DNA of 64,000 bases from an uncultured Chloroflexia bacterium (GTDB lineage Bacteria > Chloroflexota > Chloroflexia > Thermomicrobiales > UBA6265): assembly GCA_963724295.1 (NCBI GenBank), contig CAVRUC010000004.1:224001-288000 (forward strand), given 5' to 3'. This document shows positions 19,043 to 28,895 of this stretch, in pieces. Under the pieces are notes generated by a model, which worked only from the letters and a program-made list of their open reading frames with translations, was not told the origin of the DNA and did not search any database. Made by a program: the position numbers and the translations under genes. Position 1 is the stretch's first letter. Each line of letters begins with the position of its first letter.

Positions 19043-20110
19043 CTACCGATTCCGTAGGACGACCGCCTCGGCATGGTCGATGTCGCCGCCCGGCGCGAAG
19101 AAGCCTCTGGCCAACCGCGACTCATCGCTGCGCAGCTGGTCGCTTGGATTCGGGTCGAGCATGACGCTCCGCCCGATCTCGCCAAGGTCCTCGACGATCC
19201 GCTCATACCGGTAATAGACGAGCGCCTCCGGGTCGATGTCCACCGCCCCGTACCCGGCAAAGAACAGTTCCTCTTCCCTGGGCGTAACCGCGCGGGCGAT
19301 TATCGAGCCGACGACAAAGAGCAGATCTCGCTCTCTGGGAGCGATGAGTGGCCCGTCCCAATCGATGAGATGAATCTGTCCGTCATCGCCAACGAGAATA
19401 TTCGCCGCGTGGATGTCCGAGTGGCAGAGAACGTGCTCGAACGACCTGGATTGCAGCCGCCTCCCCAACTCTTCTGCGCGGGCGAGCATCTGGCGAATGC
19501 GCGCGGCATTCTCTCGCCAGAAGGCAGCAAATTGCGCGGCGACCGCGTTCTCGAGCTCCGTGGATTCCACCAGATCCAGAATGCGCCGGACTAACGCGGC
19601 AGATGGGAGCGCGAAGGTCTCGACAGGAAGGCGACCGCGGAACTCCTCTGCCAGCCCGCTGGAATGCACGGCACGGAGCGTTGCCCCGAACTGACTCCAT
19701 TGCGCATCGGTCATCCCCGCGACCATCGCGCTCTGGCCCGCAATAAACGGGTAGAGAACCAGGCTGCTTCCATCGCAGGAGCACCACAGCTCGGACGATC
19801 GCGTTTGCAGTGGAGCAAGCACTTTGCGGATCCCGCGCTTCGCCAATGCCCAGGGCACGAGCAGCCCGGACTCGTGGACCGGCCCGAACCTGACTTTGAG
19901 GAAATAGGCGGTTCCATCCTCGGCGGTGACCTTGTAGACGGCAGCGTTGAGATCATAGCCGAGGGGCAGGAACGTGATCGCGCTCGCGCGCAGGTCGTAC
20001 CGGGCATCGAGACAGGCAGTGATCGTATCGAGATCCAGGCCCGGGTCGTCCCGCGTGATCGTTGTCCCTGGCGACACGTCGCCGGACTGATCGGAATCTG
20101 AAGACGTCAT
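19043..20110 (-). CDS. Aminoglycoside phosphotransferase family protein, APH(9)-like
   Basis: FLPLGYD..AAVY, YFLKVR, HSDIHAANIL, IDWDGP..APRERDL, YYRYERIVED. Confidence 0.85.
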   Translation of the reverse strand: MTSSDSDQSGDVSPGTTITRDDPGLDLDTITACLDARYDLRASAITFLPLGYDLNAAVYKVTAEDGTAYFLKVRFGPVHESGLLVPWALAKRGIRKVLAPLQTRSSELWCSCDGSSLVLYPFIAGQSAMVAGMTDAQWSQFGATLRAVHSSGLAEEFRGRLPVETFALPSAALVRRILDLVESTELENAVAAQFAAFWRENAARIRQMLARAEELGRRLQSRSFEHVLCHSDIHAANILVGDDGQIHLIDWDGPLIAPRERDLLFVVGSIIARAVTPREEELFFAGYGAVDIDPEALVYYRYERIVEDLGEIGRSVMLDPNPSDQLRSDESRLARGFFAPGGDIDHAEAVVLRNR

Positions 20111-20925
20111 GACCTGCGGTCGCCCCCTCCCCTGCCGGATGGGGAGCGAGGGCGAAAACCCAACCGCCTTGCGCTTGCCGTCTCAGAGGGCCGATACGTT
20201 CGCATCCGCCACCACAATGCCAGCGTCTCGCCTACCGCGCGCAGGATGACTCGCGGGCTACCGCCAGTGGCTTCACCGGCGATGCGGGGGTAGTGATGCA
20301 CCCCCACCTGTTGCAGACTTGCCCCCTGGCGACGCGCCTTGGCCTGGATCTCGGTGTTGATCAAGGCTCCCGGCGCGGTGAGTGGTAAGCCGCGCAGGAG
20401 GTCGCCGCGAAAGAGCTTGAAGGCACAGTCGATGTCCCGCAGGTGGACGCCGAACAGCATCCGTACCGAAACATTGAACATCTCGGCAAGCACACGCCGG
20501 TGCAGCGGATCGCTCCGCTCCATACGAAAACCGGCGACGATGTCGTACTCGCCCGCGAAGGGCGCCAGCAGACGTAGATCGCGGATGTCGAACTGGCGAT
20601 CCGCGTCCATGAACATGACGAAGTCGCCGGTCGAGGCCTCAAAACCCGAGATCAGTGCCGCCCCATAACCCCGGTTGCGGCCGTGGCTTACCAGCCGAAT
20701 GCGGTCGTCACCGGCTGCCAGACCGGCGACGATTTCGCCGGTCCGGTCACGACTGCCATCGTCGACCACGATGATCTCGTACGTATCGACGAATGCGGGA
20801 AGCGTCGCCAGCGAGTCCTGGACGACCGCGTCGATGTTGGCCTCTTCGTTGAATGCGGGAAGAACGAGAGTAAGACTGCCGGGAAGTCGCGTTACCGGCG
20901 GGCTCGCGGGATCAGGTTGCCTCAC
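20107..20925 (-). CDS. GT2 glycosyltransferase (Dpm1-like)
   Basis: LPAFNEE, VDDGSRD, NRGYGAA, MDAD, DIDCAFK. Confidence 0.92.
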   Translation of the reverse strand: MRQPDPASPPVTRLPGSLTLVLPAFNEEANIDAVVQDSLATLPAFVDTYEIIVVDDGSRDRTGEIVAGLAAGDDRIRLVSHGRNRGYGAALISGFEASTGDFVMFMDADRQFDIRDLRLLAPFAGEYDIVAGFRMERSDPLHRRVLAEMFNVSVRMLFGVHLRDIDCAFKLFRGDLLRGLPLTAPGALINTEIQAKARRQGASLQQVGVHHYPRIAGEATGGSPRVILRAVGETLALWWRMRTYRPSETASARRLGFRPRSPSGRGGGDRRS

Positions 20926-23045
20926 CCGACCACGGCGTCCTCTTCGGGCGGGACCCACTCCTCAACCGGCGCTACCCACTCTTCGGACGGCGCCACCGAC
21001 TCTTCCCCGGCAGGGGGTGTCCACTCTTCGGCTGGGGCCGTAGTCTCAGACTCAGGCGCCACCACCTCGGCGCCCGGGTACCAGCCGATCGAATCGATTC
21101 CGGATGGCGGCAACGGCGGAAACTTGGCGTCACGATCGATCGGCGCTTCGCCCTTCATGTCCGGGCTCACTTTCCAGATGTCGCCACTCGGGAAATATCT
21201 GGTGTAGAAGATACGTTCCCAGAGTAACTCGCCGTTGCGATCGCGCACGACGCGGTAGTGGGAGAGCTCTTCGCCAATTCCGGCCACCTGCGCCAGGGTC
21301 ACCGTTCCCGGATCGAGCTCTTCATCGACGACTTCCTTCGGGGCGAGCATCTGCGCCTTGTCGCCCCACGTCGGACCAGTGGTCTCGATCTTGTACCCGA
21401 GATCCGCGCCGTAGATGTTCACGACCACGTTGACCCCGTCGGTCCACGACTCGACCAGCATCCATTGGCTTGACGGATTCTCGAACTTGAAATCGGCCCA
21501 GGTGGCCGGGTCCTCGGTCGGCTGCAGGATCGACGCATCAAGCCCGGGGTCCCAACCGTCGTACTCGTAGAAACCGATGCGGAAGCGATGCGGCCACCAC
21601 TCGGTGATCGGCAACCCGGCGAGATAGGCCGCGCGGAAGACCGTCGTCGACACCTGGCAGATGCCGCCGCCGATGTCTTGCCCGATCTGTTCACCGTCGA
21701 TGACCTGCGCTTCGACGAAACCCTTGTCCTCGTCGATCCACCCGATCGACTCGTTGAACGAGAACTCTCCCCAGGGCGGAATCAAGGTGCCGTTCAACAG
21801 GCTGGCTCCAACCGCGACGTTGGTCGCGCGGCCGTCGCTGGAGCCGGAATAGTTCGACTGGCCGGAACCGAGAAACGTCGTGATCCCCAGCTTGTCCAGA
21901 TTCGCGCTGTCGATATCAGGTTTGACATACGTTACCGGTGCCTCGATCGTGCCGCCGCTGCCAAAGAAGCTGCCCTCGACCCGCTCGGCGAGCGCCGCCG
22001 CGTCGAGGCGCGCGCCGTCGACACTTGGCTCGACGGATATGAGACGCTCTCCATTCCAGCCAACTTCCGCGTCGACCGGTTCGGTCTCGATCGCCGCGCC
22101 TAATCGCTCATCGAGCCACGTCGCCAGCTTTTCGCGATCGAGACCCAGGTGGATGGCCGGCGCTCCGTTATCACCTTGCACCATGTCTTGCCGCAAGAAC
22201 TGCGCGAGATCGGTCGCCGGCAAGGTCCATAGCCCACCCGCATTGCTCACCTGAACCGGGTTCGCCATGGCTCGCAGCAGCAGGTCCCGCGCTGGTTCCA
22301 GATCGGTCGCGCGAATGCTGGCGATCTTGGTCGAGACCGGAAGCTCAGCCTCGATGGGCGTCAGGTTCAAGAGCTGCGATTCGACTTCGCCGCGGGCCCG
22401 GTCGCGATCCACGACAACGCCGTCGACCTCCGGCACGATGACGACAGTCGAACCCTGGATCTCCACCGAGGCGTTTCGCGGCGGGGTTCCCAGACCGCTG
22501 TCGATCTCGTCGAACCAGCGATCGAGCTGCTGAAAATCGAGTGAGATAGGCATCGGCAGCTGCTCGCCGGAGCGCGCCAGCGCGGTCACGGCCCGCAACC
22601 TGCGGAACGCCGAGTCCTCTCGGCCATACCCGACGGCGCGCGAGAGCGCCTCGCCCTCGTCGATCGATACGCCGACGTCGCGCAGCGACGCGGTCCACGA
22701 TTGATCGCCATGCTTGAAGGTGATGGGGCTCGATTCGATCGCCTCAGCGCGGGCAGCCAGGGCAGCCGCGGCCTGATCGATCGTCATCCCTCCGACGGGA
22801 ACATCGGCCACCGTGACAGCCGGGAAGATGCGCTCCGCGTGCGTGGCGCGGACGGTCAGGAGAACGACGGCGAGCGCCAGACCGAGGAGCGCGGCCACAC
22901 CGGCCGCGCCCAGCATGAGAGAACGCAGCGAAGCAAGCGAGATCGCCGGGAGGCGCATCACGCTCAATCGCGTCGAACCGTCCACTTCAGGACGTCCCGC
23001 AATTACCGGTCGGAACATGCTCGAAACGCGCGCCTGGAGTCGCAA
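20922..23045 (-). CDS. VanW family protein with peptidoglycan-binding-type repeats
   Basis: N-terminal TM helix; RATNV, EFSFN, GGGICQVSTTVFRAA, GLDASI, DFKFEN; acidic EEW-x-P tail repeats. Confidence 0.9.
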   Translation of the reverse strand: MRLQARVSSMFRPVIAGRPEVDGSTRLSVMRLPAISLASLRSLMLGAAGVAALLGLALAVVLLTVRATHAERIFPAVTVADVPVGGMTIDQAAAALAARAEAIESSPITFKHGDQSWTASLRDVGVSIDEGEALSRAVGYGREDSAFRRLRAVTALARSGEQLPMPISLDFQQLDRWFDEIDSGLGTPPRNASVEIQGSTVVIVPEVDGVVVDRDRARGEVESQLLNLTPIEAELPVSTKIASIRATDLEPARDLLLRAMANPVQVSNAGGLWTLPATDLAQFLRQDMVQGDNGAPAIHLGLDREKLATWLDERLGAAIETEPVDAEVGWNGERLISVEPSVDGARLDAAALAERVEGSFFGSGGTIEAPVTYVKPDIDSANLDKLGITTFLGSGQSNYSGSSDGRATNVAVGASLLNGTLIPPWGEFSFNESIGWIDEDKGFVEAQVIDGEQIGQDIGGGICQVSTTVFRAAYLAGLPITEWWPHRFRIGFYEYDGWDPGLDASILQPTEDPATWADFKFENPSSQWMLVESWTDGVNVVVNIYGADLGYKIETTGPTWGDKAQMLAPKEVVDEELDPGTVTLAQVAGIGEELSHYRVVRDRNGELLWERIFYTRYFPSGDIWKVSPDMKGEAPIDRDAKFPPLPPSGIDSIGWYPGAEVVAPESETTAPAEEWTPPAGEESVAPSEEWVAPVEEWVPPEEDAVVG

Positions 23046-23063
23046 AGCCCGCCGTCCTCCGGT

Positions 23064-23565
23064 TCAGGCAGAGAGATCTATGCTGGGCACGGGAAAAGAC
23101 GGGACGAAACGAAACCGAACCCGGCCGCATTGTATGACATCTCCCGGGCGAACGCCCACGACCGCGCGTACAGGTTCGTCGTTCACCAACGTACCGTTGC
23201 TGCTGCCCAGATCGCGCAACCACCACTGGCCTCGCGCGAACCGCAGTTCGGCGTGATGAGCGGAAGTGTGCGGGTCGTCGATGACGATGGTGTTCCCCGC
23301 GACACGGCCGAGAGACGAAGCCGGCTCCAGACTCAAGGTGGCTCCCGGCGCCAGCGACGACTCGGCGGCATCGAGCACGGTGAGACCAGCTCCCGCCGCT
23401 CCGACCCACATCCCCAGGCATTGCCCGCGCGGCGACAGCGAGCTCGCGCACGGTGGTCCGCAGCACTACGAACAGAAAGAGGTAGATCAACGCGATGAAT
23501 GTGATGCGGAGTGCCGCGTAGAGCCAGCCGCCGGCAATCAGCTGATCGATCGTGGTCTCGATCAT
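23064..23565 (-). CDS. Membrane-anchored FHA protein (FhaB/FipA-like); +1 frameshift near 23400
   Basis: TM LRITFIALIYLFLFVV in ORF 22987..23565. FHA motifs GR, SAHHA, DLGSSNGT in ORF 23064..23411. Confidence 0.85.
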
Positions 23566-24254
23566 CCCGCGGCGACGGTGTACCGAATACTGCCGAACGC
23601 CACTTCATCACCGGCGACGATCGTCGCGGCGTTCAGGCGCACGCCGTTGACCCAGGTACCATTGGTGCTCCCCAGGTCGATCGCGCGCCAACCCTGGCCG
23701 TCCAATTCCAGCCGGGCGTGATGGCGCGATACTTCCGGATCGGCAAGCACCAGATCGTTGTCGCCTGCGCGGCCGACACGCACCGGGCTTGACACGAGCG
23801 ACAGCCGCGGCATCCCGGGGTCGCCAGGCAGCAGTCGCAGTGGCGGAGGCAGCCCGCGATCGGGCGGGAGACTCTTTCCGACTGGTGCGGCTCCAGCGGC
23901 AAAGCGACCTTCCGCTTGCACCGACCGGCGGCCCACACTCGCGTCTTCAACGAGACGGACCTGAATCGGTCCTACGGTCGATAGCCCGCGCGCGAAGGCA
24001 AACTCAGCCAACCAGGTCTCCATCTCACGGCTTAGCGCCTGCTCCCATCCGGTGAACGCCGCCGCATCCTCGGGATGTAATCGCACCTCGTACAGGTTCG
24101 GCGCCAGACTTGTCCCCACAGAGATGACGCGCCCATCGAGCATCGCGCGCTCGAGGCGGCGCCCGATCTCGGCCGGCTGCACTCGCAACCGGAAGACCCC
24201 GGCGATGCTTCCCTCTACGATGCGTTCCAATGCGCGCTCGAATCGTGCCAGCAT
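23562..24254 (-). CDS. FhaA-like DUF3662 + FHA domain protein
   Basis: LARFERALERIVEG, VQPAEIGRRLERAM, APNLYEV; FHA motifs VGR, VSRHHA, DLGSTNGT. Confidence 0.92.
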   Translation of the reverse strand: MLARFERALERIVEGSIAGVFRLRVQPAEIGRRLERAMLDGRVISVGTSLAPNLYEVRLHPEDAAAFTGWEQALSREMETWLAEFAFARGLSTVGPIQVRLVEDASVGRRSVQAEGRFAAGAAPVGKSLPPDRGLPPPLRLLPGDPGMPRLSLVSSPVRVGRAGDNDLVLADPEVSRHHARLELDGQGWRAIDLGSTNGTWVNGVRLNAATIVAGDEVAFGSIRYTVAAG

Positions 24255-24256
24255 GG

Positions 24257-25183
24257 TCAGGAAACACGGCCCGGCCGCGTCTCCGCGGCTCGTTCGTATG
24301 GCCGGGTGAAACGTACCCAGTCGCGATCGTGCCTCAGGATCAGCCCGCTGAGCAGCGACCAGGCGGCGAAGATTTCCAGGGCGAACGGCAGATAGCCCCC
24401 ATAGCCCAGGATCGGCATCTCGAACAGCTTGGGCCGGCCGACAAGGGGAACGTCGTAGACCCATTTCGGCATCGAGAAGAGATTCCACAACTCCCAGAAC
24501 CAGCCGCAGATCAACCCCGCGGCGAAGAGGACCAGGACGGTATCCCAGCGGCCCTCTCGCACCTGGGCGGCGATGCTGGGATTCCCCAGGAGCGCATTGA
24601 TGGGATCGAGCGCGAGGAAGAGCCCGATCCAGACAAAAGGGAACAGGTATCGCGGCAAGATCAGCGACAGGAGAAAGGTGACGAGGCCGATCAGCGCCAG
24701 TACCACGAGCCCCGCTCGACCCGGGTCGATGCGGAGCCAGTGACGAACTGGGGCAAATGGCCTGAACGTGCGCAGCAGCTCCGCGGTCACGAAGATGGCC
24801 GGCATCACGGTCGAGAACGCCAGGGAGGCGAGCAACGCATACTCGATCGGGTGATACGACCGGGGCAGGAGGTACCGCCAGTTGTCGAGGTAGCGGTTGG
24901 CAACCTCGAACAACCACCAGAGGGGGATCGAGAAGATGAACAGTGATGCGAACCGGCGCTGATCGCGAGCAAAAAGCGACGTACCGGCACGGCGCATGGT
25001 GAGACCGTCGGCGGCGAGGATGTAGCCAAGCCAGAGCGGGAAAAACGTGTGCTCTGAGTACGGCGCCGGCCCGAACCAGGCCACCCACCAGGAGATGATT
25101 GCCAGCGCCAGGCCGGTCCAGAGTCGCAGTGGCGCGTCCGCGGTCGCGGCGGCGGGCCGCCTCGCGGGAACACGATGAAGCAT
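24257..25183 (-). CDS. Conserved multi-pass membrane protein with an internal duplication
   Basis: Multiple TM helices. Repeated FFPLWLG..LAADG / LFPFVWIG..LALDP and WWLFE.AN..L.NW.Y / WELWN....KW.Y. Confidence 0.75.
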   Translation of the reverse strand: MLHRVPARRPAAATADAPLRLWTGLALAIISWWVAWFGPAPYSEHTFFPLWLGYILAADGLTMRRAGTSLFARDQRRFASLFIFSIPLWWLFEVANRYLDNWRYLLPRSYHPIEYALLASLAFSTVMPAIFVTAELLRTFRPFAPVRHWLRIDPGRAGLVVLALIGLVTFLLSLILPRYLFPFVWIGLFLALDPINALLGNPSIAAQVREGRWDTVLVLFAAGLICGWFWELWNLFSMPKWVYDVPLVGRPKLFEMPILGYGGYLPFALEIFAAWSLLSGLILRHDRDWVRFTRPYERAAETRPGRVS

Positions 25184-25291
25184 ATCCACCGATCGATACC
25201 CCCGGCGCCGCGGTGCTCGGTGGCGCCGCTGGTATGATCGCCCGGCCGGCGACGCGGCGGCCAGTCCGCGGCAGGTTGAAGGGTGCGTCAG

Positions 25292-25987
25292 GTGAGAGGA
25301 AACCGCGTAACACTCGGACCGTCGATCTTGTCGGCTGATTTCCGCAGGCTCGGCGAGCAAGTCCAGGCCGTCGAAGCGGCCGGCGCCGACTTCATCCACG
25401 TCGACGTCATGGACGGCGTCTTCGTACCCAACATCAGCGTCGGCTTCCCGATCGTCGAGGCCGTCCGCGCCGCAAGCGAACTCCCGATCGACGTCCACCT
25501 CATGATCGTCGAGCCTGCCCGCTGGATCGAGCGATTCGCCGCCGCTGGCGCAGACACGATCACCGTCCATGTCGAGGACCATCCAAATCTCTATCGCACG
25601 CTGCGGTCGATCGAGGAGGCCGGCGCCACCCCCGGCGTCACCCTCAACCCCGGCACGCCGGTGGTGATGTTGGAACCGGTCCTGCCCATCGTGCGCCAGG
25701 TCCTGGTCATGTCGGTCAATCCGGGATTTGGCGGTCAGACCTTTATCCCGGCCTCGATTGGGCGTATCCGCCGCGTGCGGGAGCTGCTCGATGCGGTCAA
25801 TCCAACCTGCCGTCTCGAGGTGGACGGCGGCATCAAGATCGGCAACGTCGGTAAGGTGGTCGCGGCCGGCGCCGACACGCTCGTCGTCGGCTCCGCGATC
25901 TACGCGCCGGACGTTGACATCACCTCGGCCATGCGCGACTTGCGGGCAGAGGTCGCGTCCGGATTCGAAACACCTACGGAACGATGA
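25292..25987 (+). CDS. rpe: Ribulose-phosphate 3-epimerase
   Basis: PSILSADF, HVDVMDG.FVPN, DVHLM, MSVNPGFGGQ, EVDGG. Confidence 0.97.
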   Translation: MRGNRVTLGPSILSADFRRLGEQVQAVEAAGADFIHVDVMDGVFVPNISVGFPIVEAVRAASELPIDVHLMIVEPARWIERFAAAGADTITVHVEDHPNLYRTLRSIEEAGATPGVTLNPGTPVVMLEPVLPIVRQVLVMSVNPGFGGQTFIPASIGRIRRVRELLDAVNPTCRLEVDGGIKIGNVGKVVAAGADTLVVGSAIYAPDVDITSAMRDLRAEVASGFETPTER

Positions 25988-27097
25988 GCGACGTAGCGCC
26001 CCGCGGCGCAAGGGAGTCAGCGATGGAATGGTCTCCGCTTCGTATGAACTATCACGTCCGCACCTACGCGTTCGGCGAACGGCTGATCCCGGAGATGCTC
26101 GGCAAGACAGGCGTGCCGGACGGCGTCGTGGCTGAGACCTGGGAGATCAGCGACCAGAAGGACACTCGGGCCACGATCACCTCAGAGCCATTTTCCGGCA
26201 GGCTCCTGCACGACGTCGTCGCCGAATACCCGGATGAGGTGGTCGGCGCCGGCTGGCGCGGTCCGCACTTCCCGATCCTCGCCAAGTTCCTCGATGCCTC
26301 GCATCCCCTGCCCGTCCATCTCCATGCTGACGACGAGACTGCCCGCCGCGTCCACGGTGAGCCAAACGGGAAGACGGAAGCCTGGCATATTCTCTACGCC
26401 GCGCCGGCCGCCTCGATTCTGGCTGGTATTCGTCCCGGCATTTCTGAAGATGAGCTGCGTCAGGCATTTCTCGACCAGGATTACGACCGGGTCATGTTCC
26501 GCTACCCCATCTCCGCCGGAGACACGGTCTACGTGCCAGGTGGCATCCTTCACGCCTTCGGCCCCGACACCCTGATCTTCGAGGTGCAGCAGACCTCCGA
26601 CCTGGGGCAGTCGGTGATGCCAACCGATCTCTACGGCAACCGCCTCAGCGAGGAACAATGGCGCGCGAACATCGACGCCACCCTGGCCGAACTGAAGACC
26701 GACTACCTCCCTGCCCCCAATCCCGGTCTGGACACGTCCACGAATGAAGCCGGGAACCGCATCACTCGTCGGCTGCGCCGGCCCGTACTTCGTGCTGGAG
26801 CGCTGGCGGCTTACCGCTCCGCACCGCGACCCCGCGCACCCCTGGCGCTGTCTGACCCTCTCCAACGTGGGCGAACCGGTGACTATCGCCTGGAGCGGCG
26901 GCGAGCAAACCCTGGGACGAGCGGAATCGATGCTGCTGCCCGCCGCGATCGGCGACGTCACGGTGTCTCCTTCCGGTACGGAAGCCGACCTGATCGCCTG
27001 CTACCTACCCGACCTGCAGCGTGATGTCGCCGATCCCTTGCGTGCGGCTGGCCACTCGGACGACGCAATTCGCGAGCTGGGCGAGGTCGCACTCTGA
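25984..27097 (+). CDS. Class I mannose-6-phosphate isomerase-like cupin; +1 frameshift near 26765
   Basis: AETWEIS, FPILAKFLDA, HLH, GKTEAWH, GILHA, EVQQTSD. The C-terminal cupin (GCAGPYFVLERW) is in ORF 26744..27097. Confidence 0.85.
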
Positions 27098-27120
27098 CTG
27101 CCTAATGCGAGGTTCCCGCG

Positions 27121-27212
27121 TCGTGTCATTCCGAGCCCGCAGGCGAAGAATCTCGAGTCCCGTGTCCAACCGCAGCAGACGACGAGATTCCTCGTTGCTC
27201 GGAAATACACGA
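27121..27212. repeat. Palindromic GTCATTCCGA miniature element, copy 2
   Basis: TCGTGTCATTCCGAGC...GAATCTCG...CGAGATTC...GCTCGGAAATACACGA. Confidence 0.8.
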
Positions 27213-27247
27213 CCGCTGACGACCGCCCTTTTCCCGCCGGACGGAAA

Positions 27248-28792
27248 TCAGGAGGCGACGTCTGCCCCGAGCTTCGCCAGCGTGTGGAGTTCCTCCTTCG
27301 AGGACTCGTAGAGATTCCGATAAACCTGATAGTACGCGTCGTAGACCGGCCGCAGATCGACATCAGGCTGCAGCTGCATGGCCAGCCTGACCCAGTCCCG
27401 CCACAAGGCTTCCGGACTGGAGACGATGCCTGTCGCCAGCCCCGCCATGAACGCGTCGCCGTACGATGCGCCGATCGTCCGCTCGGGGACGTCTTGCGGC
27501 AGCCCGCTCACGTCTGACACGATCTGCAGCCAGAGCGGGTTCTTCGCGCCGCCACCGACGGCCACCAGCCGCCGCGGCGGCGCTCCCATGGCCGACATCG
27601 TCTCCAGGTTGTGCCGCACGCCGTAGGCCGTCCCCTCCAAACTTGCCCGGTAGAGGTGGGCCTTCGTGTGCGAAAGTGTCAGTCCGGCGTAAACGCCACG
27701 CGCATCAGGATCATTGATCGGTGTCCGCTCGCCCGCGAAATAGGGCAGACAGATCACCCCTTCCGCGCCGGGTGGGATCCGTCCCGCGGCCTCGGCCAGC
27801 GCGGCGTAGGCGTTCGGCCCCCCCACCGCCTCAGCCGCCAATTCTTCTCCACCCAGGTTGTCGCGGAACCAGCGGGTCAACGCGCCGGTCGTCGACATGC
27901 CGCCGTCGATGCTGTATCGGCCGGGCAGCGCGAACGCGGTCGCCCACATCCTCGGGTCCGGCACGGGATCACCGGTGACGTGGATGAAGAACATGGTCGT
28001 CCCGTACATGATCATCATGTCGCCGGGGTCGACTACGCCGACGCTGACCGCCTCAGCCGCGGCGTCAATCGTTCCAGCCGTCACCGGGGTCCCGGCTTTG
28101 AGCCCGGTCTCCGCGGCGGCGGCCGGTGTCACCGCACCGGCGATCTGATCGGACCACATCAATGGCGGCAATCGATCCAGGTCGACGATTGGCCCGGCGA
28201 ATCGCGCATCCCAGCGGAGCTGCCGCAGGTCGAATAGCGGGTTGTAATAGGAGGCCGTGTGATAGTCCATGACGTACTCGCCGGTGAGGCGGTAGATCAT
28301 GTACGACGACGACCCGAGAAACATCCTCGCGGCGGCGTAGACATCTGGCTCGCGGCGTTGGATCCAGAGGATCTTTGGTCCGATCGCCTGCGAGGTGAGC
28401 GCCATGCCTCCCAGGTCGAACATCGGCTCTTCGCCGAATCGGTCGTTGAGCCAGCTGATCTCGTCCGACGCCCGGGTGTCGATGCCGTAGAGGATTCCTT
28501 GCCGTAGCGGCCGTCCTTCGGCATCGACCGGGAGCACACACGCGCCGATGGCACTGACCGCCACGCCGCCGACGTCCTCGCCGCTGAACCGGCCGCCAAG
28601 GAGCTGCCGCGTCAGACCGACGAACTCACCCCACCAGATGACATCGGCGTCATGCTCCGCCCAACCCGATCGCGGCAGGCTCAACCCGTGTTCGATCGTC
28701 GCCTCGGCCAGCACCTCACCGTCCGGCGCGCAGAGCACGCCCTTCGCGCTGTAGGTCCCGATATCGACGCCGAGCAGCAGATCGCCGGACAC
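27248..28792 (-). CDS. FGGY-family carbohydrate kinase (xylulokinase-like)
   Basis: LGVDIGT, GWAEHD, LPYFAGERTP..DPDARG, VGGGAKN. Confidence 0.93.
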   Translation of the reverse strand: MSGDLLLGVDIGTYSAKGVLCAPDGEVLAEATIEHGLSLPRSGWAEHDADVIWWGEFVGLTRQLLGGRFSGEDVGGVAVSAIGACVLPVDAEGRPLRQGILYGIDTRASDEISWLNDRFGEEPMFDLGGMALTSQAIGPKILWIQRREPDVYAAARMFLGSSSYMIYRLTGEYVMDYHTASYYNPLFDLRQLRWDARFAGPIVDLDRLPPLMWSDQIAGAVTPAAAAETGLKAGTPVTAGTIDAAAEAVSVGVVDPGDMMIMYGTTMFFIHVTGDPVPDPRMWATAFALPGRYSIDGGMSTTGALTRWFRDNLGGEELAAEAVGGPNAYAALAEAAGRIPPGAEGVICLPYFAGERTPINDPDARGVYAGLTLSHTKAHLYRASLEGTAYGVRHNLETMSAMGAPPRRLVAVGGGAKNPLWLQIVSDVSGLPQDVPERTIGASYGDAFMAGLATGIVSSPEALWRDWVRLAMQLQPDVDLRPVYDAYYQVYRNLYESSKEELHTLAKLGADVAS

Positions 28793-28895
28793 CCGAGTCT
28801 CCCCTCTCATCCGCGGCATCGCGTGCCTTGACCAGTTCACCGGCCGAGCGGGCCGGATCATAGCAAAGCAGCACGCCGACCCTGGACTGACGCGA

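Noticed and set aside
20922..23045. VanW gene as evidence of vancomycin resistance
   Set aside because: No vanHAX or vanRS nearby. VanW-domain proteins are widespread outside resistance clusters.
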